Origin: Eledone cirrhosa | Lineage: Eukaryota | Reading direction: 5' to 3' | DNA length: 64,000 bases | NCBI GenBank assembly: GCA_964016885.1 | Contig: OZ024765.1 | Location: forward strand, 1,054,001 to 1,118,000 | Shown here: piece after piece, positions 12,201 to 25,500 of the stretch | Position numbering within the stretch: the first letter of the stretch is position 1 | Layout: each line of letters begins with the position of its first letter | Translations under genes and position numbers: made by a program | Notes under the pieces: model-generated | The model's input: only the letters and a program-made list of their open reading frames with translations | What the model was told of the DNA's origin: nothing | Database searches by the model: none

Positions 12201-15200
12201 AATTACAGTGTATATGCCATATTTAATACAGAAATGGCTTCTAAATGCAGAAAACTCATTTATTGGATGGAAATAGTAGTGTATATGCCATATTTAATAC
12301 AGAAATGGCTTCTAAATGCAGAAAACTCATTTATTGGATGGGAATTACAGTGTATATGCCATATTTAATACAGAAATGGCTTCTAAATGCAGAAAACTCA
12401 TTTATTGGATGGAAATAGTAGTGTATATGCCATATTTAATACAGAAATGGCTTCTAAATGCAGAAAACTCATTTATTGGATGGGAATTACAGTGTATATG
12501 CCATATTTAATACAGAAATGGCTTCTAAATGCAGAAAACTCATTTATTGGATGGAAATAGTAGTTTATATGCCATATTTAATACAGAAATGGCTTCTAAA
12601 TGCAGAAAACTCATTTATTGGATGGGAATTACAGTGTATATGCCATATTTAATACAGAAATGGCTTCTAAATGCAGAAAACTCATTTATTGGATGGGAAT
12701 TACAGTGTATATGCCATATTTAATACAGAAATGGCTTCTAAATGCAGAAAACTCATTTATTGGATGGGAATTACAGTGTATATGCCATATTTAATACAGA
12801 AATGGCTTCTAAATGCAGAAAACTCATTTATTGGATGGGAATTACAGTGTATATGCCATATTTAATACAGAAATGGCTTCTAAATGCAGAAAACTCATTT
12901 ATAGGATGGGAATTACAGTGTATATGCCATATTTAATACAGAAATGGCTTCTAAATGCAGAAAACTCATTTATTGGAAGGGAATTACAGTGTATATGCCA
13001 TATTTAATACAGAAATGGCTTCTAAATGCAGAAAACTCATTTATTGGATGGGAATTACAGTGTATATGCCATATTTAATACAGAAATGGCTTCTAAATGC
13101 AGAAAACTCATTTATTGGATGGGAATTACAGTGTATATGACATATTTAATACAGAAATGGCTTCTAAATGCAGAAAACTCATTTATTGGATGGGAATTAC
13201 AGTGTATATGCCATATTTAATACAGAAATGGCTTCTAAATGCAGAAAACTCATTTATTGGATGGAAATAGTAGTGTATATGCCATATTTAATACAGAAAT
13301 GGCTTCTAAATGCAGAAAACTCATTTATTGGATGGGAATTACAGTGTATATGCCATATTTAATACAGAAATGGCTTCTAAATGCAGAAAACTCATTTATT
13401 GGATGGGAATTACAGTGTATATGCCATATTTAATACAGAAATGGCTTCTAAATGCAGAAAACTCATTTATTGGATGGGAATTACAGTGTATATGCTATAT
13501 TTAATACAGAAATGGCTTCTATATGCAGAAAACTCATTTATTTGATGGGAATTACAGTGTATATGCCATATTTAATACAGAAATGGCTTCTAAATGCAGA
13601 AAACTCATTTATTGGATGGGAATTACAGTGTATATGCCATATTTAATACAGAAATGGCTTCTAAATGCAGAAAACTCATTTATTGGATGGGAATTACAGT
13701 GTATATGCCATATTTAATACAGAAATGGCTTCTAAATGCAGAAAACTCATTTATTGGATGGGAATTACAGTGTATATGCCATATTTAATACAGAAATGGC
13801 TTCTAAATGCAGAAAACTCATTTATTGGATGGGAATTACAGTGTATATGCCATATTTAATACAGAAATGGCTTCTAAATGCAGAAAACTCATTTATTGGA
13901 TGGAAATACTAGTGTATATGCCATATTTAATACAGAAATGGCTTCTAAATGCAGAAAACTCATTTATTGGATGGGAATTACAGTGTATATGCCATATTTA
14001 ATACAGAAATGGCTTCTAAATGCAGAAAACTCATTTATTGGATGGAAATAGTAGTGTATATGCCATATTTAATACAGAAATGGCTTCTAAATGCAGAAAA
14101 CTCATTTATTGGATGGGAATTACAGTGTATATGCCATATTTAATACAGAAATGGCTTCTAAATGCAGAAAACTCATTTATTGGATGGGAATTACAGTGTA
14201 TATGCCATATTTAATACAGAAATGGCTTCTAAATGCAGAAAACTCATTTATTGGATGGGAATTACAGTGTATATGCCATATTTAATACAGAAATAGCTTC
14301 TAAATGCAGAAAACTCATTTATTGGATGGGAATTACAGTGTATATGCCATATTTAATACAGAAATGGCTTCTAAATGCAGAAAACTCATTTATTGGATGG
14401 AAATAGTAGTGTATATGCCATATTTAATACAGAAATGGCTTCTAAATGCAGAAAACTCAGTTATTGGATGGGAATTACAGTGTATATGCCATATTTAATA
14501 CAGAAATGGCTTCTAAATGCAGAAAACTCATTTATTGGATGGGAATTACAGTGTATATGCCATATTTAATACAGAAATGGCTTCTAAATGCAGAAAACTC
14601 ATTTATTGGATGGAAATAGTAGTGTATATGCCATATTTAATACAGAAATGGCTTCTAAATGCAGAAAACTCATTTATAGGATGGGAATTACAGTGTATAT
14701 GCCATATTTAATACAGAAATGGCTTCTAAATGCAGAAAACTCATTTATTGGAAGGGAATTACAGTGTATATGCCATATTTAATACAGAAATGGCTTCTAA
14801 ATGCAGAAAACTCATTTATTGGATGGGAATTATAGTGTATATGCCATATTTAATACAGAAATGGCTTCTAAATGCAGAAAACTCATTTATTGGATGGGAA
14901 TTACAGTGTATATGCCATATTTAATACAGAAATGGCTTCTAAATGCAGAAAACTCATTTATTGGATGGAAATAGTAGTGTATATGCCATATTTAATACAG
15001 AAATGGCTTCTAAATGCAGAAAACTCATTTATTGGATGGGAATTACAGTGTATATGCCATATTTAATACAGAAATGGCTTCTAAATGCAGAAAACTCATT
15101 TATTGGATGGAAATAGTAGTGTATATGCCATATTTAATACAGAAATGGCTTCTAAATGCAGAAAACTCATTTATTGGATGGGAATTACAGTGTATATGCC

Positions 15201-18200
15201 ATATTTAATACAGAAATGGCTTCTAAATGCAGAAAACTCATTTATTGGATGGAAATAGTAGTGTATATGCCATATTTAATACAGAAATGGCTTCTAAATG
15301 CAGAAAACTCATTTATTGGATGGGAATTACAGTGTATATGCCATATTTAATACAGAAATGGCTTCTAAATGCAGAAAACTCATTTATTGGATGGAAATAG
15401 TAGTTTATATGCCATATTTAATACAGAAATGGCTTCTAAATGCAGAAAACTCATTTATTGGATGGGAATTACAGTGTATATGCCATATTTAATACAGAAA
15501 TGGCTTCTAAATGCAGAAAACTCATTTATTGGATGGGAATTACAGTGTATATGCCATATTTAATACAGAAATGGCTTCTAAATGCAGAAAACTCATTTAT
15601 TGGATGGGAATTACAGTGTATATGCCATATTTAATACAGAAATGGCTTCTAAATGCAGAAAACTCATTTATTGGATGGGAATTACAGTGTATATGCCATA
15701 TTTAATACAGAAATGGCTTCTAAATGCAGAAAACTCATTTATAGGATGGGAATTACAGTGTATATGCCATATTTAATACAGAAATGGCTTCTAAATGCAG
15801 AAAACTCATTTATTGGAAGGGAATTACAGTGTATATGCCATATTTAATACAGAAATGGCTTCTAAATGCAGAAAACTCATTTATTGGATGGGAATTACAG
15901 TGTATATGCCATATTTAATACAGAAATGGCTTCTAAATGCAGAAAACTCATTTATTGGATGGGAATTACAGTGTATATGACATATTTAATACAGAAATGG
16001 CTTCTAAATGCAGAAAACTCATTTATTGGATGGGAATTACAGTGTATATGCCATATTTAATACAGAAATGGCTTCTAAATGCAGAAAACTCATTTATTGG
16101 ATGGAAATAGTAGTGTATATGCCATATTTAATACAGAAATGGCTTCTAAATGCAGAAAACTCATTTATTGGATGGGAATTACAGTGTATATGCCATATTT
16201 AATACAGAAATGGCTTCTAAATGCAGAAAACTCATTTATTGGATGGGAATTACAGTGTATATGCCATATTTAATACAGAAATGGCTTCTAAATGCAGAAA
16301 ACTCATTTATTGGATGGGAATTACAGTGTATATGCTATATTTAATACAGAAATGGCTTCTAAATGCAGAAAACTCATTTATTTGATGGGAATTACAGTGT
16401 ATATGCCATATTTAATACAGAAATGGCTTCTAAATGCAGAAAACTCATTTATTGGATGGGAATTACAGTGTATATGCCATATTTAATACAGAAATGGCTT
16501 CTAAATGCAGAAAACTCATTTATTGGATGGGAATTACAGTGTATATGCCATATTTAATACAGAAATGGCTTCTAAATGCAGAAAACTCATTTATTGGATG
16601 GGAATTACAGTGTATATGCCATATTTAATACAGAAATGGCTTCTAAATGCAGAAAACTCATTTATTGGATGGGAATTACAGTGTATATGCCATATTTAAT
16701 ACAGAAATGGCTTCTAAATGCAGAAAACTCATTTATTGGATGGAAATACTAGTGTATATGCCATATTTAATACAGAAATGGCTTCTAAATGCAGAAAACT
16801 CATTATTGGATGGGAATTACAGTGTATATGCCATATTTAATACAGAAATGGCTTCTAAATGCAGAAAACTCATTTATTGGATGGGAATTACAGTGTATAT
16901 GCCATATTTAATACAGAAATGGCTTCTAAATGCAGAAAACTCATTTATTGGATGGGAATTACAGTGTATATGCCATATTTAATACAGAAATGGCTTCTAA
17001 ATGCAGAAAACTCATTTATTGGATGGGAATTACAGTGGTATATGCCATATTTAATACAGAAATGGCTTCTAAATGCAGAAAACTCATTTATTGGATGGAA
17101 ATAGTAGTGTATATGCCATATTTATACAGAAATGGCTTCTAAATGCAGAAAACTCATTTATTGGATGGGAATTACAGTGTATATGCCATATTTAATACAG
17201 AAATGGCTTCTAAATGCAGAAAACTCATTTATTGGATGGGAATTACAGTGTATATGCCATATTTAATACAGAAATGGCTTCTAAATGCAGAAAACTCATT
17301 TATTGGATGGGAATTACAGTGTATATGCCATATTTAATACAGAAATGGCTTCTAAATGCAGAAAACTCATTTATTGGATGGGAATTACAGTGTATATGCC
17401 ATATTTAATACAGAAATGGCTTCTAAATGCAGAAAACTCATTTATTGGATGGGAAATACAGTGTATATGCCATATTTAATACAGAAATGGCTTCTAAATG
17501 CAGAAAACTCATTTATTGGATGGGAATTACAGTGTATATGCCATATTTAATACAGAAATGGCTTCTAAATGCAGAAAACTCATTTATTGGATGGGAATTA
17601 CAGTGTATATGCCATATTTAATACAGAAATGGCTTCTAAATGCAGAAAACTCATTTATTGGATGGGAATTACAGTGTATATGCCATATTTAATACAGAAA
17701 TGGCTTCTAAATGCAGAAAACTCATTTATTGGATGGGAATTACAGTGTATATGCCATATTTAATACAGAAATGGCTTCTAAATGCAGAAAACTCATTTAT
17801 TGGATGGGAATTACAGTGTATATGCCATATTTAATACAGAAATGGCTTCTAAATGCAGAAAACTCATTTATTGGATGGGAATTACAGTGTATATGCCATA
17901 TTTAATACAGAAATGGCTTCTAAATGCAGAAAACTCATTTATTGGATGGAAATAGTAGTGTATATGCCATATTTAATACAGAAATGGCTTCTAAATGCAG
18001 AAAACTCATTTATTGGATGGGAATTACAGTGTATATGCCATATTTAATACAGAAATGGCTTCTAAATGCAGAAAACTCATTTATTGGATGGGAATTACAG
18101 TGTATATGCCATATTTAATACAGAAATGGCTTCTAAATGCAGAAAACTCATTTATTGGATGGGAATTACAGTGTATATGCCATATTTAATACAGAAATGG

Positions 18201-21200
18201 CTTCTAAATGCAGAAAACTCATTTATTGGATGGAAATAGTAGTGTATATGCCATATTTAATACAGAAATGGCTTCTAAATGCAGAAAACTCATTTATTGG
18301 ATGGGAATTACAGTGTATATGCCATATTTAATACAGAAATGGCTTCTAAATGCAGAAAACTCATTTATTGGATGGAAATACTAGTGTATATGCCATATTT
18401 AATACAGAAATGGCTTCTAAATGCAGAAAACTCATTTATTGGATGGGAATTACAGTGTATATGCCATATTTAATACAGAAATGGCTTCTAAATGCAGAAA
18501 ACTCATTTATTGGATGGAATTACAGTGTATTATGCCATATTTAATACAGAAATGGCTTCTAAATGCAGAAAACTCATTTATTGGATGGGAATTACAGTGT
18601 ATATGCCATATTTAATACAGAAATGGCTTCTAAATGCAGAATGCAGAAAACTCATTTATTGGATGGGAATTACAGTGTATATGCCATATTTAATACAGAA
18701 ATGGCTTCTAAATGCAGAAAACTCATTTCTTGGATGGGAATTACAGTGTATATGCCATATTCAATAGAGAAATGGCTTCTAAATGCAGAAAACTCATTTA
18801 TTGGATGGGAATTACAATATATATGCCATATTTAATACAGAAATGGCTTCTAAATGCAGAAAACTCATTTATTGGATGGAAATAGTAGCGTATATGCCAT
18901 ATTTAATACAGAAATGGCTTCTAAATGCAGAAAACTCATTTATTGGATGGAAATAGTAGTGTATATGCCATATTTAATACAGAAATGGCTTCTAAATGCA
19001 GAAAACTCATTTATTGGATGGGAATTACAGTGTATATGCCATATTTTAATACAGAAATGGCTTCTAAATGCAGAAAACTCATTTATTGGATGGGAATTAC
19101 AGTGTATATGCCATATTTAATACAAAAATGGCTTCTAAATGCAGAAAACTCATTTATTGGATGGGAATTACAGTGTATATGCCATATTTAATACAGAAAT
19201 GGCTTCTAAATGCAGAAAACTCATTTATTGGATGGAAATAGTAGTGTATATGCCATATTTAATACAGAAAATGGCTTCTAAATGCAGAAAACTCATTTAT
19301 TGGATGGGAATTACAGTGTATATGCCATATTTAATACAGAAATGGCTTCTAAATGCAGAAAACTCATTTATTGGATGGGAATTACAGTGTATATGCCATA
19401 TTTAATACAGAAATGGCTTCTAAATGCAGAAAACTCATTTATTGGATGGGAATTACAGTGTATATGCCATATTTAATACAGAAATGGCTTCTAAATGCAG
19501 AAAACTCATTTATTGGATGGAAATAGTAGTGTATATGCCATATTTAATACAGAAATGGCTTCTAAATGCAGAAAACTCATTTATTGGATGGGAATTACAG
19601 TGTATATGCCATATTTAATACAGAAATGGCTTCTAAATGCAGAAAACTCATTTATTGGATGGGAATTACAGTGTATATGCCATATTTAATACAGAAATGG
19701 CTTCTAAATGCAGAAAACTCATTTATTGGATGGAAATAGTAGTGTATATGCCATATTTAATACAGAAATGGCTTCTAAATGCAGAAAACTCATTTATTGG
19801 ATGGGAATTACAGTGTATATGCCATATTTAATACAGAAATGGCTTCTAAATGCAGAAAACTCATTTATTGGATGGAAATAGTAGTGTATATGCCATATTT
19901 AATACAGAAATGGCTTCTAAATGCAGAAAACTCATTTATTGGATGGAAATAGTAGTGTATATGCCATATTTAATACAGAAATGGCTTCTAAATGCAGAAA
20001 ACTCATTTATTGGATGGGAATTACAGTGTATATGCCATATTTAATACAGAAATGGCTTCTAAATGCAGAAAACTCATTTATTGGATGGGAATTACAGTGT
20101 ATATGCCATATTTAATACAGAAATGGCTTCTAAATGCAGAAAACTCATTTATTGGATGGGAATTACAGTGTATATGCCATATTTAATACAGAAATGGCTT
20201 CTAAATGCAGAAGACTCATTTATTGGATGGGACATAGTAGTGTATATGCCATATTTAATACAGAAATGGCTTCTAAATGCAGAAAACTCATTTATTGGAT
20301 GGGAATTACAGTGTATATCCAATATTTAATACAGAAATGGCTTCTAAATGCAGAAAACTCATTTAATGGATGGAAATAGTAGTGTATATGCCATATTTAA
20401 TACAGAAATGGCTTCTAAATGCAGAAAACTCATTTATTGGATGGGAATTACAGTGTATATGCCATATTTAATACAGAAATGGCTTCTAAATGCAGAAAAC
20501 TCATTTATTGGATGGGAATTACAGTGTATATGCCATATTTAATACAGAAATGGCTTCTAAATGCAGAAAACTCATTTATTGGATGGACATGGTAGTGTAT
20601 ATGCCATATTTAATACAGAAATGGCTTCTAAATGCAGAAAACTCATTTATTGGATGGGAATTACAGTGTATATGCCATATTTAATACAGAAATGGCTTCT
20701 AAATGCAGAAAACTCATTTATTGGATGGGAATTACAGTGTATATGCCATATTTAATACAGAAATGGCTTCTAAATGCAGAAAACTCATTTATTGGATGGA
20801 AATAGTAGTGTATATGCCATATTTAATACAGAAATGGCTTCTAAATGCAGAAAACTCATTTATTGGATGGGAATTACAGTATATATGCCATATTTAATAC
20901 AGAAATGGCTTCTAAATGCAGAAAACTCATTTATTGGATGGAAATAGTAGTGTATATGCCATATTTCATACAGAAATGGCTTCTAAATGCAGAAAACTCA
21001 TTTATTGGATGGGAATTACAGTGTATATGCTATATTTAATACAGAAATGGCTTCTAAATGCAGAAAACTCATTTATTGGATGGGAATTACAGTGTATATG
21101 CCATATTTAATACAGAAATGGCTTCTAAATGCAGAAAACTTATTTAATGGATGGAAATAGTAGTGTATATGCCATATTTAATACAGAAATGGCTTCTAAA

Positions 21201-22340
21201 TGCAGAAAACTCATTTATTGGATGGGAATTACAGTGTATATGCTATATTTAATACAGAAATGGCTTCTAAATGCAGAAAACTCATTTATTGGATGGGAAT
21301 TACAGTGTATATGCCATATTTAATACAGAAATGGCTTCTAAATGCAGAAAACTCATTTCTTGGATGGGAATTACAGTGTATATGCCATATTTAATAGAGA
21401 AATGGCTTCTAAATGCAGAAAACTCATTTATTGGATGGGAATTACAATATATATGCCATATTTAATACAGAAATGGCTTCTAAATGCAGAAAACTCATTT
21501 ATTGGATGGAAATAGTAGCGTATATGCCATATTTAATACAGAAATGGCTTCTAAATGCAGAAAACTCATTTATTGGATGGAAATAGTAGTGTATATGCCA
21601 TATTTAATACAGAAATGGCTTCTAAATGCAGAAAACTCATTTATTGGATGGGAATTACAGTGTATATGCCATATTTAATACAGAAATGGCTTCTAAATGC
21701 AGAAAACTCATTTATTGGATGGGAATTACAGTGTATATGCCATATTTAATACAGAAATGGCTTCTAAATGCAGAAAACTCATTTATTGGATGGGAATTAC
21801 AGTGTATATGCCATATTTAATACAGAAATGGCTTCTAAATGCAGAAAACTCATTTATTGGATGGGAATTACAGTGTATATGCCATATTTAATACAGAAAT
21901 GGCTTCTAAATGCAGAAAACTCATTTATTGGATGGGAATTACAGTGTATATGCCATATTTAATACAGAAATGGCTTCTAATGCAGAAAACTCATTTATTG
22001 GATGGGAATTACAGTGTATATGCCATATTTAATACAGAAATGGCTTCTAAATGCAGAAAACTCATTTATTGGATGGGAATTACAGTGTATATGCCATATT
22101 TAATACAGAAATGGCTTCTAAATGCAGAAAACTCATTTATTGGATGGAAATAGTAGTGTATATGCCATATTTAATACAGAAATGGCTTCTAAATGCAGAA
22201 AACTCATTTATTGGATGGGAATTACAGTGTATATGCCATATTTAATACAGAAATGGCTTCTAAATGCAGAAAACTCATTTATTGGATGGGAATTACAGTG
22301 TATATGCCATATTTAATACAGAAATGGCTTCTAAATGCAG
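9217..22340 (+). repeat. Satellite C, ~185 x 71 bp, highly homogeneous, runs into the gap
   Basis: AAATGCAGAAAACTCATTTATTGGATGGGAATTACAGTGTATATGCCATATTTAATACAGAAATGGCTTCT; two main variants (GGGAATTACAG vs GGAAATAGTAG); ORF-track starts recur every 71 bp. Confidence 0.97.
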
Positions 22341-22540
22341 NNNNNNNNNNNNNNNNNNNNNNNNNNNNNNNNNNNNNNNNNNNNNNNNNNNNNNNNNNNN
22401 NNNNNNNNNNNNNNNNNNNNNNNNNNNNNNNNNNNNNNNNNNNNNNNNNNNNNNNNNNNNNNNNNNNNNNNNNNNNNNNNNNNNNNNNNNNNNNNNNNNN
22501 NNNNNNNNNNNNNNNNNNNNNNNNNNNNNNNNNNNNNNNN
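22341..22540. other. Assembly gap (200 N, probably a placeholder size)
   Basis: Exactly 200 N separating two different satellites. Confidence 0.99.
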
Positions 22541-25500
22541 CAAGATTTCACAGCTCTAACATCACTCCTTCATAGGCTGACCAAGATAATCTCATGGAAT
22601 GACCAAATTAGGTTTATTTTTCGACATGCAAGATTTCACAGCTCTAACATCACTCCTTCATAGGCTGACCAAGATACTCTCATGGAATGACCAAATTAGG
22701 TTTATTTTTCGACATGCAAGATTTCACAGCTCTAGCATCACTCCTTCATAAGCTGACCAAGATACTCTCATGGAATGACCAAATGAGGTTTATTTTTCAC
22801 ATACAAGATTTCACAGCTCTAGCATCACTCCTTCATAGGCTGACCAAGATACTCTCATGGAATGACCAAATGAGGTTTATTTTTCAACATGCAAGATTTC
22901 ACAGCTTTAGCGTCAATCCTTCATAGACTCACCAAGATGCTCTCATTGAATGACCAAGTGAGGTTTATTTTTAAACATGCAAGATTTCACAGCTCTAACA
23001 TCACTCCTTCATAAGCTGACCAAGATACTCTCATGGAATGACCAAATAAGGTTTATTTTTCGACATGCAAGATTTCACAGCTCTAGCATCACTCCTTCAT
23101 AGGCTGACCAAGATACTCTCATGGAATGACCACATGGGGTTTATTTTTCAACATGCAAGATTTCACAGCTCTAGCATCACTCTTTCATAGGCTGACCAAG
23201 ATAGTCTCTTGGAGTGACTAAATGAGGTTTATTTTTCAACATGCAAGATTTCACAGCTCTAGCATCACTCCTTCATAGGCTGACCAAGATACTCTCATGG
23301 AATGACGAAATGAGGTTTATTTTTCAACATGCAAGATTTCACAGCTCTAGCATCTCTCCTTCATAAGCTGACCAAGATACTCTCATGGAATGACCAAATG
23401 AGGTTTATTTTTCGACATGCAAGATTTCACACCTCTAAGATCACTCCTTCATAGGCTGACCAAGATAATCTCATGGAATGACCAAATTAGGTTTATTTTT
23501 CGACATGCAAGATTTCACAGCTCTAGCATCACTCCTTCATAAGCTGACCAAGATACTCTCATGGAATGACCAAATGAGGTTTCTTTTTCAACATGCAAGA
23601 TTTCACAGCTCTAGCATCACTCCTTCATAGGCGGATCAAGATAATCTCATGGAATGACCAAATGAGGTTTATTTTTCAACATGCAAGATTTCACAGCTCT
23701 AGCATCACTCCTTCATCGGCGGATCAAGATAATCTCATGGAATGACCAAATGAGGTTTATTTTTCAACATGCAAGATTTCATAGCTCTAGCATCACTCCT
23801 TCATAGGCTGACCAAGATACTCTCATGGAATGACCAAATGAGGTTTATTTTTCAACATGCAAGATTTCACAGCTCTAGCGTTACTCCTTCATAGGCTGAC
23901 CAAGATAATCTCATGGAATGACCAAATGAGGTTTATTTTTCAACATGCAAGATTTCACAGCTCTAGCATCACTCCTTCATAGGCGGATCAAGATAATCTC
24001 ATGGAATGACCAAATGAGGTTTATTTTTCAACATGCAAGATTTCATAGCTCTAGCATCACTCCTTCATAGGCTGACCAAGATACTCTCATGGAATGACCA
24101 AATGAGGTTTATTTTTCAACATGCAAGATTTCACAGCTCTAGCATCACTCCTTCATAGGCGGATCAAGATAATCTCATGGGAATGACCAAATGAGGTTTA
24201 TTTTTCAACATGCAAGATTTCATAGCTCTATCATCACTCCTTCATAGGCTGACCAAGATACTCTCATGGAATGACCAAATGAGGTTTATTTTTCAACATG
24301 CAAGATTTCACAGCTCTAGCGTTACTCCTTCATAGGCTGACCAAGATAATCTCATGGAATGACCAAATGAGGTTTATTTTTCAACATGCAAGATTTCACA
24401 GCTCTAGCATCACTCCTTCATAGGCGGATCAAGATAATCTCATGGAATGACCAAATGAGGTTTATTTTTCAACATGCAAGATTTCATAGCTCTAGCATCA
24501 CTCCTTCATAGGCTGACCAAGATACTCTCATGGAATGACCAAATGAGGTTTTTTTTCAACATGCAAGATTTCACAGCTCTAGCGTCACTCCTTCATAGGC
24601 GGATCAAGATAATATCATGGAATGACCAAATGAGGTTTATTTTTCAACATGCAAGATTTCATAGCTCTAGCATCACTCCTTCATAGGCTGACCAAGATAG
24701 TCTCAGGGAATGACCAAATGAGGTTTATTTTTCAACATGCAAGATTTCACAGCTCTAGCGTTACTCCTTCATAGGCTGACCAAGATACTCTCATGGAATG
24801 ACCAAATGAGGTTTATTTTTCAACATGCAAGATTTCACAGCTCTAGCCTCACTCCTTCATAGGCGGATCAAGATAATCTCATGGAATGACCAAATGAGGT
24901 TTATTTTTCAACATGCAAGATTTCATAGCTCTATCATCACTCCTTCATAGGCTGACCAAGATACTCTCATGGAATGACCAAATGAGGTTTATTTTTCAAC
25001 ATGCAAGATTTCACAGCTCTAGCATCACTCCTTCATAGGCGGATCAAGATAATCTCATGGAATGACCAAATGAGGTTTATTTTTCAACATGCAAGATTTC
25101 ATAGCTCTATCATCACTCCTTCATAGGCTGACCAAGATAATCTCATGGAATGACCAAATGAGGTTTATTTTTCAACATGCAAGATTTCATAGCTCTAGCA
25201 TCACTCCTTCATAGGCTGACCAAGATACTCTCATGGAATGACCCAATGAGGTTTATTTTTCAACATGCAAGATTTCACAGCTCTAGCGTTACTCCTTCAT
25301 ACGCTGACCAAGATACTCTCATGGAATGACCAAATGAGGTTTATTTTTCACATACAAGATTTCACAGCTCTAGCATCACTCCTTCATAGGCTGACCAAGA
25401 TACTCTCATGGAATGACCAAATGAGGTTTATTTTTCAACATGCAAGATTTCACAGCTCTAGCGTTACTCCTTCATAGGCTGACCAAGATACTCTCATGGA

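Noticed and set aside
16800-22000. Cluster of 1-bp indels in satellite C creating longer ORFs
   Set aside because: Mostly homopolymer-adjacent singletons near a contig end, so more likely consensus errors than biology.
9263-22316. Over 130 near-identical 64-aa ORFs (MQKTHLLDGN...)
   Set aside because: A 71-bp unit is not a multiple of 3, so each ORF just cycles through the three frames until the one stop; there is no domain or gene context.
22193-22663. ORFs spanning the N run
   Set aside because: Gap artefacts.
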